Below, one piece after another: positions 1 to 13,400 of a DNA stretch of 64,000 nt. A program made the translations under genes and the position numbers. The stretch is from Orbicella franksi. Lineage: Eukaryota. The DNA is taken from the NCBI GenBank assembly GCA_964199315.1, contig OZ116698.1:24924001-24988000 (forward strand), in the 5' to 3' direction. Below the pieces are notes generated by a model. That model saw only the letters and a list, made by a program, of their open reading frames with translations, was not told the DNA's origin and made no database searches. The number at the start of each line of letters is the position of its first letter. The first letter of the stretch is position 1.

Positions 1-15
1 TTTTAGCACACAAAC

Positions 16-385
16 CTGTTTCACAACAGTCGCCAGTGTAGTTTAGTGGACACTTGCAGGCCCATCGATCAGGCGTCCCTCCATTGTGACAAAACCTACT
101 ACAGGGTCGCCACTCCTTTGTTGTGAGATCCCGGCATGAACCCTCCTCGCCACAAGATGACGGCCGGTGTACGAGCCTGGTTCTCGATTGATAACCATTT
201 TTACCGCACGGAGCCGAGCATTGGTTCCACGGCGTCCACTGACTTGCGACGCACTGTTTACAGTGTGTCACGTTACACATCCAACACGGACTCTTTTGAA
301 ATGATTGATAATTTGCTTCTGTGCTGCTTTGGGAAAAATACAACTGAACGGCAAGGGAAAAGGCTAGGATTAGGTACGAAACCAT
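16..385 (-). CDS. Exon 1 of a secreted TSP1(spondin-type)+EGF protein; paralog of the neighbouring TSP1-repeat gene; continues off the left edge
   Basis: Manual translation from ATG at 385: MVSYLILAFSLAVQLYFSQSSTEA (signal-peptide-like) NYQSFQKSPCWMCNVTHCKQCVASQWTPWNQCSAPCGKNGYQSRTRLVHRPSSCGEEGSCRDLTTKEWRPCSRFCHNGGTPDRWACKCPLNYTGDCCET, then G|gtttgt phase-1 donor. Same layout and same intron position as exon 14164-14527. Absent from the ORF track because no stop occurs inside the window. Confidence 0.9.
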
Positions 386-868
386 TTTTAGCCCCGAAAG
401 GTTTACTTAGAAATGGGAAAATTTGAGACACGCAGTCCGACTCTCAGTTGTAATACATGCTTTGTTTGTTCTTTCGAATATTCTGTCAAGTTCAGCTGTG
501 ATTTATTTGGTTATGGTGTTTGTAAGGATTAAATAGTGAGGTTTTAATTTGAGAAACTTCCTGAAGCCACGCACCACTTCAGAGCCGGTTATCTTATTCG
601 CTCCCTGGTTCACCCAACTCTATTATTTTAAGGGCTGGGTTCATTGTCTCTGTTGTCCCGTTGTTGTCTCTTCATTTGTTTTCTAAGCCAACAATTTACA
701 AATACTTCACGCAAAATCAAGTCAAGTTTGATAGGGATCGAGTAGCTACCTTGAAACGATTTATTGGAAAATTTATTTATTAAGGTTGGGTTGTAATTTT
801 CTTTTTCCAAAGTAAAATATCATGATTACCTACTTGCGTATTCCTCTCACTTTTGGAAGGGTTACTTA

Positions 869-1241
869 GGCCGTGTCCACACTACGCTGGAGGAATTTGA
901 AAACGTGGGTTTCCCTTTGAAAACGCACCAAATAGTTTCCGTCCACACTACACTGGAAGAATTTAAAAACGCAACAATCACCGGTCATTTTGGATTTGTG
1001 TTCAAGGAAACTCGTTCAAGGAAATTGCATAATTTTCGTGACTACATCGTTTTCGAAAAGCTCCGTTTCCAAAATGTTTTGCGTCCACACGAAAACGACA
1101 AGCCGGCGTTTTCAAATTTTTACGATGTAAAAAAAGGTTTTCGAAAAGCTGCGTTTTCGTGACGGATAAGTGTGGACGGTCGGCCTAACCGGAGAAATAA
1201 AGCTACGTTTTCAAATTTCTCCGGCATAGTGTGGACGGGCA
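869..1241. mobile_element. PIF/Harbinger-like MITE
   Basis: Imperfect TIRs GGCCGTGTCCACACTACGCTGGAGGAATTTGAAAACG / CGTTTTCAAATTTCTCCGGCATAGTGTGGACGGGCA, flanked by TTA on both sides (3-bp TSD). Confidence 0.7.
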
Positions 1242-2157
1242 TTAATGGTATAGTCACTATTAATTTGTAAAAACCACTAACCAATGAGTAGGTTCACCTT
1301 TGAGTCACACTCGCGAGCTCCCCAAACAAGACCAAGGGAACAGGCGGCTAAAACGTAGAACTTTATTACCTTGGTATTACTGTACAAAATTGCTTATTTG
1401 TTTCGTTAGTGTTTTTGAAAGCTCGCTAAGATGGCAAACCACTCCACCACACCGTGGGCGTATCTTTCATCCTGTGACTTGAAAGATGTAAAGGTCAGGA
1501 AAGGAAAAGTGAACTTTTATGGAATGTATGTCTTAAGTGTCAAATTCCAAGCAATGTTTTACAGGTGAGAAACGTTTTGCACATAAGAAACTAATTAGAG
1601 AACTTTAGAAGATCTAACTGAAAGTTCATCTCTGTTGTCTTTTTTCGCGGCTTTAAGCTACAGAGGAAAGAAAAGAGAGGTGATGTTAGAATCAGAATGG
1701 TAACTGCTATCTGATGACGCCATAGTTCCTGACAGGATAAGAATCTATCACTGTAACTCGGTAACGGGTCTCAAAATTGTACCTCATTGTCCTTTAAAGG
1801 GGCCTGGTCGTGCTTTAATTTAGGCGAGTTGGGTTTGCAATTTTGAATATCAAATTTACTACATATCAAGCAAAGAAGACTTCTGAGAATTGCAGGCCAG
1901 GTTTCCACACATTACCACCTGAACATAATCTCTCGATCAACCCAACAGACATAAGAATTATGTCTTCAGAAACCATTATTTTGACCGCATTTCACTTCAT
2001 TATCAGATAACGGCAGAAACTGCTAAACAGCGTGTCTTTAAGCCAGCGTAAAACTGCCTTCGAAAGAACTTAGATTCTTTTGGTAGAGTTGGCCATCTTC
2101 AACAATGATTGCCGAAGGTTTTTGACTCCACGTGCCGCACCTCGTGCCCATCAAGTG

Positions 2158-5100
2158 CTAACCAAGTGATGTTATTATACCTTTGACAATGTCATCAGAA
2201 GGGGGTCCATTGGGGCAGGGGTTGCAGTGACAACTCTGGGAGCTCTCTCCGGGCCCTTGGCACTTTTCATGCCCCTGACCATGTGCGCATTTGCAGAAAC
2301 GGACCCTGTATGCCTTGCCACAGTCACAAGCTTTGGTACACATGCTCCAGTCGCTCCAATCACCCCAGCAGTCGCCACCTGAGACAACCGGTCAAAATCG
2401 ATCACCTCGCTTTTAAGGGAAATATTAACGATATCTGATTGGACTATCTATACTAGTTATTATTTCACGACTAAGTTAGTTCAGAGGGTCAATATCCGGC
2501 TAAAATCAACCAATCGGACCAATGTTCTCGATCTAACTGCAACTGGTTGTGTCCCGAATGGTCATTCCAGCGAGAACTGGACACGTGTGCTCGTATTTCA
2601 GCGTTGAACATTCGTGTAAATTAACCCTTTCTTGTTATCGTTTTTCGAGGATTATTATGAACACATGATAGGTCACTTTTTTCTTAATGAGAATTTTCAG
2701 CTTCTTCTGTGCTTACAGCCAGAATAGAAATTGAACCTTAGAACATAGTTTGATACGTACTTCCAGGACACGTTACTTCATTACAAGGTCTGTTCCCTAC
2801 AGGAAGTCCCGTACACTGTTTGCCACCGGGACCTGGGGGCGGATTATTGCATTGCCTGCTCCTGATACTTGTACCAGGCCCACACGATGTACTGCAAGCG
2901 CTCCAGTCGGTCCAGTCTCCCCAGCCACCGTCGACTGCAAAAAAGGAACGAAGCGAATAGACCTTTCCCGCATGCCGACAAACAATAGCGCCAAGTCGAG
3001 GTCAGGATGGACAAAAACACAGTAAATGTATCAAAATGTCCACCCCAACCTCGCTCTGGTGCTATTGTTCGTACGCACTGAAGTGGAATGCGGGAAAGGT
3101 CTATCCTACGAGCGGGAAGGTCCTTTTTTAATAGATGCTTTTAGCAGGGCAGCAAGTACGTTAAGTACTCCACCTTCAACGAGGTCAAACCTTAAAAATG
3201 CGTACAGTTTCTTCTTCAATTTTTGGACTGTCTTGGTCATGGCACTTAAGACTAGAGGACTGCTGATTTGCCCATAAGCAGTTGTTCTACAACCCTTCAA
3301 CTGTTCTAAGAAACATCGTCAGGTTAGCTCTATACCCACCAGGGCAGGGTCCTTCATCGCAAGGCTTGTTTCCAACAGGAAGTCCTGTACACTGTTTGCC
3401 GCCGGCACTCGGGGCTGGATTATTGCATTGCCTGCTCCTGATGCTTGTACCAGGCCCACACGACACACTGCAAGCGCTCCAGTCGCTCCAGTCTCCCCAG
3501 CCACCGTCGACTGCAAAAAAGGAACAGAGATTGATCTTTGTTATCTTTAATTCGATTACCAAAGCTACTCAATACGTTGGCGAATCCTACGAGCGGGAAG
3601 GTCTTTTTTTTGCATGTTTATGGACCGAGACGGATTCGAGGTTTATAAACATGAAACAAAAAAAACGAGGCTACTATGCAGCCATCTTGACCTAAAAGGA
3701 TTTATTATATGGAAAAAGAACACGATTTTCTTGCGGGACACTGCGGGTAATCCCGAGCGGGTAAGATAGCACCATCTTTCCCGCTCAGGTAGCCAATAAT
3801 TGCGTAGGAATCGGGCCCGCTCACGGAGCTAGCCATATAATAATGCCTTATATTGTACACTTGCTATGATTTTCCAGACAATTTTGAAAAGCTGACCAGG
3901 AGAGGGTCAAGAGAATTAAGTGAGAAATGCTTCCCATTGTGTTTATTGAGCCTGGTTTCATACACAGTTTGTCGTTGTTCGGCAAGCGAAGTTGGTTTAT
4001 CAGATTTTTTATGGTTGGGATGAGAAACATCCGGTTGTGGTTGCTTATCTGACGTTTCTCCCTGCGTATGTCAGAGAAAAACAGAATTTGGAAATTGGAT
4101 AATTGTACATTATATTTTACAAGGGATTTTCGTTTTATTTCAACTGCATTTCGACTCATTTAGCAGGGCGGAAAGTACATTTAGTGGTCCACCTTTAACA
4201 CGGTCAAACCTCAAAAATACGTACCGTTTCTTTTTCAATTTTCAACTTTCTAGTCCATGGCACTTAAGACTAGAGGATTGCTGGTTTGCCCATCAGCAGT
4301 TGTTCTACAACACTTCAACAGCTTTAAGAAATATCGTAGGGTTTGCTTTATACTTACCAGGGCAGGGTCCTTCATTGCAAGGCTTATTTCCCACAGGAAG
4401 TCCCGTACACTGTTTGCCGCCGGCACTCGGGGCTGGATTATTGCATTGCCTGCTCCTGATGCTAGTACCAGGCCCACACGACACACTGCATGCACTCCAG
4501 TCGCTCCAGTCTCCCCAGCCACCGTCAACTGCAAAAGGAACAGAAAGTGGGAGTGTTCCGTGATTCTCGTTATCTTTAATTCATAATTCGACTACCAAAG
4601 CTGCTCAGTTCTTTAAGGAATACTGTGAACGAGAAATTGGGAACTTGTTCATTTACTTCTAATCTTTTACACAAGGCTTTCCTTGACGAGCCTTACATTG
4701 CCAGTAGTCACTTCTGATTTCACACTCTTTGCGAAAACTTAAATCTTGACTTACCAGGACAACTCTGTGTGTTACAGTGGCGGCTCTCTTCATTTGAACC
4801 TGGACAATTTCCGTTTCCGGAGCCTAGGCATGTCCGCTTACGGTTCTGTGTTCCTGTGCCACAAGTTTTGGTGCATGCTGACCATTGACCCCAGGAACCC
4901 CAACCACCGTAACCTGAGAAATAAGAAGCAAAGGAATACAAGAGCGTCAGAGATAACTTGACCGTCCCGAAGTCACTGGTGTCCATTTTATCAACTAGAG
5001 CAATATTACATTAGTTGTCTGTTCCGGACTATCTGAAGCAATAATCAAACAGGTTATTTTGCAAAAAGAATACTATTATACATTATGAAGCACTGAGAGA

Positions 5101-7428
5101 GTGAGAATTTCCTCAAAAGTGAAGTTTTCACAGCGATGGTAATAGCGTAGTGGTAGTGTGGCAGGCAGAAACTACAGCCAGTGCCAAGCACGGGTTAACG
5201 CGCATAGACCAAGTCATAATCGCATCTGACTGACTGAAAAAGTAGTATCGTCCACGTCCAGAGCTACGTAAACGGAACACTAAGTGAATGATATTTCAAC
5301 GATACGTTGAACTGTCAGAGCTTTAAGAAATTAAGTGAAAAATTCTAACCAGGACACTGCTTTAATTGACAAGACTTTGTCTGTTCACTGATTCCCTTGC
5401 ATGGCTTTCCTCCATGCTGAGGCGAAGGATTGGAACAGGTTCGTTTTCGAGTCTGGATTCCAGTCCCACACGTCTTGGAGCACTTGCACCACTTTCCCCA
5501 CGGCGACCAGCGGCCGTTTACTGAAAATGAACATGTTTTCTTGAAAACGAATTCAGCACTGAAAACAAACATCAAGCAAATAGCACCTGAAAATTTCTTC
5601 AAGGAAACTGCGAACGCTTTAATCGTAGAACTCCGATATAAAACTGGCTTTGTGACAACAAAAACATTGACTTACTTTTGGCGCACATGCAATGAACATC
5701 AAATAATACAGACCATTTGATTTGTAGCACTGACTATATTCACTATATGTGGTTTTACAGATATCTAAAGTAATAATTTGGATAAATGGTTTCTTTACGT
5801 ATTTGTGCAAACGAACAAGAAATCTGCTACCCTGTAGTTTTCCATTGAATAGAAAATGGCGGATTTTGTACCCTGTGACCGTCTTTCCCCTTCCCAAAAG
5901 GTCTATTCATGTACAATCTTCCCTGCTTTGATCGTCGATGTGTTCATGCGAATAGTGATGAAAAGGTGCTTACTCGGACATGTCTTGGTTAAATAGCATT
6001 TGCCAGTCTGTTGACTCGGTCCGGTGCACATCTTTCCTCCGTTTTGAGGCGGGGGATTTGAACAAGTTCGCTTTCTAATTCTGGTTCCATACCCACACGT
6101 CTTAGAACAAGTGGACCATACTTCCCACAGTGCCCAGCGGCCGTTCACTGAAAGAGAAAAATGGTTTCTTGTGTAACGTAAAATTATTTTCAATGGCACG
6201 ATCGTAATTACATTTGAATTATTTGGCAGAAACTTTAAGTTTCCGGCGCAAAGAAGTACTTCCATTCGTAACTGATCTCGACTCCTAAAATCAGCTGAGC
6301 GGGGCCGGAGTTTTCGTTAGCGACGTTGCAAAGTAACATGCCGACGTAACAACTCCCATTCGGAGTACTCTCAAACGCCGCGTAGTCCCGTCCCTGAACT
6401 GTTCCTTCCACGCCCTATATAGGGGTTGAACCCAGGAAGGAAAAGAAAGTTCAGGATAACGTGCATGGGTACGCTCAGAACGCCGCAATTTCACTCCCAC
6501 CACTCCAGATCTCTTCTTCCCGCCTCGGTGCATCCCCTATATAGGGGAGTTCAAGAACTGGTCTAATGTCCGCGCTGTACAGCGCACGATGATTGGGTAA
6601 CACGAATTTGAAACTCTACCGACGATAACTCTCGACAAAAACTGGCATCTTTCTATCCTGGTGGGAAGGTATGCACAAATACTAACAGAGTGACTGGGCT
6701 GATATACCCACAGCAATACAGTTGAATTTCTTTCGGTAGAAATGGTAATTAATTTTGATGAATTGTAATAACCCATTTCCTAGTTACTGTGATCTATGTT
6801 TCAAAACGAGTCATGGTGCACAACCTTTCATATTGAAATGAGTTTTTCTTGCATGTTCATTGTCTTGCAAGTCAAACTCATTTCCATATGAAAGGTTGCA
6901 CACCAGGACTCGTTTTGAAAATATTGTCTACTGTTTTCAAGACACTGGCCAGCGATGCAGGACCAGCAAGCTTACGTGATCTTATAACAGTAAGGTGCTC
7001 CACTTATAACCTTTGGGCACCACAATACTGGGCCTTCCAAATGTAAAATCAACAACTTTCGGCTTAAGACCATTGAGATACGCTGCATCGAAATTGTGGG
7101 ACGCTATACCGGACGAGTCTCGAAAGATACAAACATACACTACTTTTAAAAACAACTTAAAAAACATTAGATCTCACGGGACTCTGAGTGCGAAGTGGAT
7201 CTATCCTTAATTAATTTTAACTGCTTTTAATGATCATATTTTCTTATACATTTTACTTGTGACTACATTGTTAATTCTTATATTTTAATATTAGCTAGTT
7301 CTTAATCTTAATTTATTTAAATTTATATACCTTCATAAGGCTCTTACAATTTCTTTTTTCTGTTTTTTTTCGTGGCGTTACCTGTAAACTAGCTTTTTAG
7401 CTAAGCACACCGAACACGTTAAATATAT

Positions 7429-7495
<67 letters not shown>

Positions 7496-10400
7496 GATAC
7501 ACCTAAAGGAAACGGTCTTGACCGAACGAAGCATGCTTACCTGGGCAAGGATTTGTATTGCAGTTTCTTGACTCTTTATCTTTACCAGAACAGTGTTTTC
7601 CTCCATACGCTGGTGTTGGTTTGTTGCAGTACCGACTGCGATATTGTTTTCCAGTGCCGCACGCTTTAGAACATGCTCCCCATTTGCCCCAGGTGCCCCA
7701 ACCGCCATTTACTGTGAAAAAATAAAGTTAAATCAGCTACTCAATTTAAAACATTTAGTTTGGTTTGTTATTCCCACGCCAATTTTGTTTATTGGGTTGT
7801 TACTTATACTCATGCAGTCGCGTATTTAAAAAAAGAACATTGACAACTTACTAGGGCAGTTTTGCTTCGCACAAGTCTTTGTTTGAACACTCGGTCCAAT
7901 GCACACTCCTCCATGCTTTGGCGGGGGATTGGTACAGGTTCGGTGACGTGTTTTGCTTCCAGTCCCACAAGTCTTTGTGCACGCGGACCATGCTGCCCAT
8001 AGTGACCAGCGACCATTAACTACAAAGAACAATTTTTTAATATGAATGGTCATGTACCAACTATTGCCTTATCCTTGATTTTCAATGACCTAAAATCCTA
8101 AATGTTTCTACTTAAGTTACTTTCTTCTTTGGTTTCACTTTCTCTTGCTCAGTTGCCAATTAACGCCAGGGTCGGGCGATTTTTCAGATCGTCATGGCTA
8201 AGACGTCATTGTTGCAGTATTAAGTCGCGGACGCAATTGTGCTAATCTGCGTATTCTTGCTACAACTGAAGAAACCCCGTTCTTTGAAATTCCTGTGACT
8301 GCCTCTTTGATTTTCATTTTGCAAAGGCTTTAGCTCGTTACAATGTTTTGTTGCTGTTCTCAGACACTTCACTTCCATATAAGCTCAGTCCAAAAGTGTT
8401 CACGTTGTTTAATGACTTACCTGGACAAGGTTTTAAGTTGCATGCTCGGGTTTTGACGTTTGTTCCGTAACATTTCTTGCCTCCGTACTTGGGCGCAGGA
8501 TTGTCGCAGCGTCGTTTGCTGTACTGCTTTCCATTTCCACAAGTTCTGGTGCAAGTGCCCCAGTTACCCCAGTTAGACCACCCTCCGTCAACTGAAAATA
8601 GAAAAGTAAGCCTTAGAATCCTGGAGCCCAGTGTTCAGATTTTCAGCTAATTGGTCAAATTATTTATGGCTGACCTGCCTCCTCCTGTAGGAACTGAAAA
8701 CCTCTCGATTTGCTGAGCAAAACGGGGCATTTCGCTTCAAACTCGAAATGAGAATAAAAACGCTGCAATACCGTAACAGTTCCAAAGAAAATCAGGCGCC
8801 GCACTGCGCTCAATTGTGACTGCCGCGAGAATGTAATATAGGTCGTAACAGTCTCCAAGGGAAAGTGGTAAAAGAAACATTATGCTCGTTTATCCTTCCT
8901 CTTCTAAGAAGAGTATTAAAATGTAGGACGTGGAAAAAACTGTCAAATTCCTGTACTAAAGTTTTCATTTGAATAATCACACTTTACAGGGCTTAACAGA
9001 AAAGTTGGGGTTTATGTTTGACTCTAGTAGAGTGAACATAACGTGCCGGCAATGTACGCGACACTCCAAGACAGCAGCAACTTGACCATTTTAATATGCA
9101 GTTGCGGAGGTAGTTACATATAATGGTCTACTTTTCTTTGCATATAAATTAACGGATAGTATAAAACTTTCAGATAGTTATTATTGTGTCTGGCCGAAGC
9201 GATGGAAGAAAATACAAGCATACTCTTTAGCGGATCAGAATCGCTTACGTACCAGGGCAGTGATGAGTATTGCAGTTCCTCGTCTCTTTGTCCTGTCCAG
9301 TACACTGTTTACCTCCGTACGATGGAGGAGGCCTGGTGCACGCCCTGTTGCGGTACTGTGACCCAGTGCCACATGGTTTAGAGCATGCGCACCATTTCCC
9401 CCACGAACTCCAGCCTCCATTTACTGCAAATGGAAAAAAAAAAACAAAAAAAAAAACAAATGTACATTGGATACGTCACGGTACGTCTCGTCCACATTTG
9501 TTTTCTAGTCTGGCATATCGGGATGATATTTACATTATCCGTCTGTTTGATTAAGTATAGACATTGTACAACTTCTACCATGAGTTTTATAACCAGCTCG
9601 AACTGTTGATTTTCTGTAAAGAATGACTAGTAACCGACCAGTGGCGGAGCCATATATACTTAAAAGGGAGGGGGGGGGGGGGTGGTCTGAATGGAGAAAG
9701 CCTTACTTCACTCTTGTTCAGAACATAGGTACGCAAGGCGTGAAGAGTAAAATGACGTCGTCAGACTGTCGGGTATTAGATTTTCTGGGGTGGAAAAAGA
9801 GAAGTGCATGCTAGTGGTAGAGGTTTATTTGAAGAGTTATAATTAATAACGCTTTGGTAATCGAACAGGTTTGTTTGATTGCGATGTAGAGCAAAAACAT
9901 TGGTAGCATGATAAACACTTTAGAAACGTTTATTCGAGATATTTTGAAACTCCTTTTAATAGGTACCTAAATGATATTTTCCCCACCCTTTTCTATACTT
10001 CAGCTATAAAGTCACCATCCTTTCACACCTCCAGCCTTTATGTTCGCCGGAGAGTGGTTGTTAAATAGCCTGTATTGCCACTATGACGACCAGCTGGTTT
10101 GCAATCGTTCGTTTGCGCCAGCATAAACTTCTGATATTTGAAAACGTTATGAAAAGAAAGCGTTTGTAACTGCTGAGTAGAGCAGACAGTCTGACCATTA
10201 TGGAATTCTGAAGTAAACTAGAGTTGAGTTATGATTAATAGCAAACCTGGGCATGATTTGACCAAACAGCCTCGTGTTCTTGTATCTTTTCCAGTGCATG
10301 GCTTTCCTCCATACCCAGGGCTCGGATTATTACAGTACCGTTTACTGTATTGAGATCCGTATCCACAAGTCTTGGAACATTTACTCCAAGGACCCCAGGT

Positions 10401-13400
10401 CGACCATCCACCATTCACTAAAGAAGTGATAAGTCAATAAGCACAGTAGTAAGATCATAATTTATAAAATAATTGAGATACTACAAGCACTCTCATTGGT
10501 CGGTAGGTGTGTTTAGATGTGAGTATGTAAACACGGATGTGACGTTTTAGATTCGCGCGTATTTAAAAAAAAAAATTATAAAAGCAATAGAGAACTTTTT
10601 CCGTGTTTACTTAGCCTCATCTAAACACCTGGGGATTAGGAAAAATCTCAAAAGTTATGCAAACCCTCCACCGTGTCTCGGGGATTCATAACTGTTTCGT
10701 ATTCTTGGACCCCCCTCGTGTTTAGACGAGGCTACGTAAACACGAAAAAGCGCTCTATTGCTTAAATAATACTTCAACTTCGTCACCCAATGAAGACCAT
10801 TTAGTAAATGAAAAATCCATGTTAAGTCCTATCTTTACACTGAAGACCCTTGGCGAACCGTGAACACAGTTTTTTCGTGGTTATGGAATGAGGGTCCTTC
10901 GTGTTAACAAGATTACCTTGCGTTAGTACAGTGTAAAAACGCTTATCTTGTACTTTATATTAAGAACTTTCGCTCAGCCCTCTATAGACACAAACAAAGA
11001 AATTTAGAAAAAATGTTATTTGTTCATGGTTCAAGTGTACTTAATGTAAACTTTGGGTGAGTTCGTTGGGCAGTGCCCCAGAAAGGATTTGTAAGGTTTC
11101 ATGTAAAACAGAATGACAGTTTAAAAGTTATTTTGTCTGGGGGGTCGGTGCTTGTTAGAACATTTCCGTTTCTCCTACAAGAACTCATAAAATTGGCCCA
11201 TTGATTATAGTTCTTCCGAATACAACACAGAAAACACAGTTATGCTGATATACCTCGGCCTAAGGAAAAAAAATATAATGGAAAAAAACAAAACAAAATT
11301 GAATGAATGAAGTTTACCTGCACATGATTTGACAGAACAGGCTCGTGCTTTTATTTTGTCTCCAGTACACTTCTTTCCTCCATGTTCCGGACGAGGGTTG
11401 TTGCAGTATCTTTTTTTCTGTTGGTATCCAACGCCACAAGTTTTTGAGCATTTGCCCCACGCTCCCCAATTTGACCATCCGCCATTTACTGCAAACAGAA
11501 CAATGGTGAATAAACTGGCATTGATCAAAAAATCAGATGGCCATTTCTTTTTTAAATTTAAATTGCTTTTTGTATCAGGTCTTTATCTTCTCTTTGTTCT
11601 CAACTTCTTTTAAGTCTAATAAAAATACAGAATTGATTCTGATTTTGGATTAGCCAGCGCAGCAAGCGTTCCCACGTACAAGAGCTTTTCCGCATTGTGA
11701 CCGCGCGGCCCCAATTTACGCGCGGTCAGAATGCGGAAAAGCTCTTGAACGGGAACTCTTGCTACGCAGGCTAATTTTCGATTGATTACGGGTTCTTACA
11801 ATGTATAGACAATAAGGTCCTTAAGATCGGAGCACGACTACGTCTTTTTAAACCTTGCACTTATGTTTGCGTTATCTCGTTTTCGCCAATCTCATGTCGA
11901 TAGTCTACTGTTCAGCTGGCTATCAACAGGGACGGGTGAAAGATTTAGGAAGGCTCCTAACTGGATTGATATCTGTTGAATACGTATTCATCGCTTCTTC
12001 GTATCTAAAAGTGTCTAATATACACGATACATTGGAAGTTTGAAACGAGTGATCGCTCACTTCTTTCTAAATGACATGTAAGAAACTTGAAAGTTAAAAA
12101 AAGGAGTTGACTTCAACGAGAACTACGGGAATGTATTTGCGTTAGTGCGATCTAAACTGTGTGAAATTAAGGGCGCAACCATGCAAATGAATATGTAACC
12201 TTAAGGATTAGGTTTTATTTGTACTGACATTACAAGTTATAGCTATCTATTAAATAATCTGCTTACAATCAGAATGCACTGACGAAAATAAACAAAACGG
12301 ACCCATGCCAGCATTTGTAAAAACAGGCTCGTGAGTTAGTGAGGTAGCGTTACTGCATTAACGTTAATAAAGCGACTAACATCGATTTTTACCTGGGCAC
12401 CGGTGAAGCAGACAATTTTTATGTTGTTCGGTAGGTCCCACACATTTCTTCCCACCATAACCGGGTGGTGGGTTTGTGCAAGAGCGCTTTCGGGTCTGTA
12501 GTCCTGTCCCGCAATATCCCGTACATTGTCCCCAACTTGACCACGAAGACCAACCGCCATCTTGTGATGAATAAGGTAGGTTAGTAGATCGTTTTGGATA
12601 TAATATAGGGGGGAGTGGGAAGAAAACTGAGGCTAAACAAGTTTAACTACTTCACTCATTAGTCCGAATATCAAAATAATATCCTTCTTGTTTAGTGCAA
12701 CAGTTTGTACAAGTGTGACTTGTAATGCACCGGCTCAGTTGAAGTCATATCTCTAAAAGGGTGTTGTTTTACTATCAAAATAAACTGAAGAGAATTAATC
12801 CAACTTGGACTTAGAATCCGTAGTATTTATTTGGCTACAGCTCTCGGGCTTTTAAAAGTGATTTTTTATGAAAAAGCTTTGTTAGGAAGGCTTCATCGGG
12901 GCAACCTATTGAGATTATATTTGAGTCTTGTCGCTGCGTACAGACCATACTAGGAATCATGCCACATATCGGAGTTTATAAAAGGTTATAACCGCGGACC
13001 AACTTCTCATTGCACATACAGTAAACATGTTCTAACCAAAATGAAGTGGGACATTTGGTGTTGATATATACAATGTAATTTGCGGAACTCTTCGCACCTG
13101 TGGCCTGACGATCAAGGCTACTACAAATCTAACTTCAAATGGCCTGACTTGCTTATGAATCATTGTCTTTTCCTATCACGCAGTTTACTTTTCGTTCTTT
13201 AAAAGCGAAGAATTATTACTTTTTCTAAACATCAATATCTACCTGGACACTTTTTAAGTAGACAATTTTTATGCTGTTCGGCAGGTCCCACACATGTCTT
13301 CCCTCCATAGCTGGGTGGCGGGTTTGTGCAGGAGCGCTTTCGGGTCTGTAGTCCGGTCCCGCAAGAGCTCGAACATTGTCCCCATCTTGACCACGAAGAC

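Noticed and set aside
2750-4586. Numerous 60-137-aa ORFs on both strands
   Set aside because: Antisense or off-frame shadows of GC-rich TSP1 exons; the true frame is the spliced minus-strand one.
9660-9690. G-runs here and at 63129-63146 as G-quadruplex regulatory sites
   Set aside because: They are terminal G-tracts of common interspersed repeats; nothing links them to regulation.
10838-10870. CTGAAGACCCTTGGCGAACC hammerhead-like text
   Set aside because: Lacks GAAA and the R-Y pair closing helix II.
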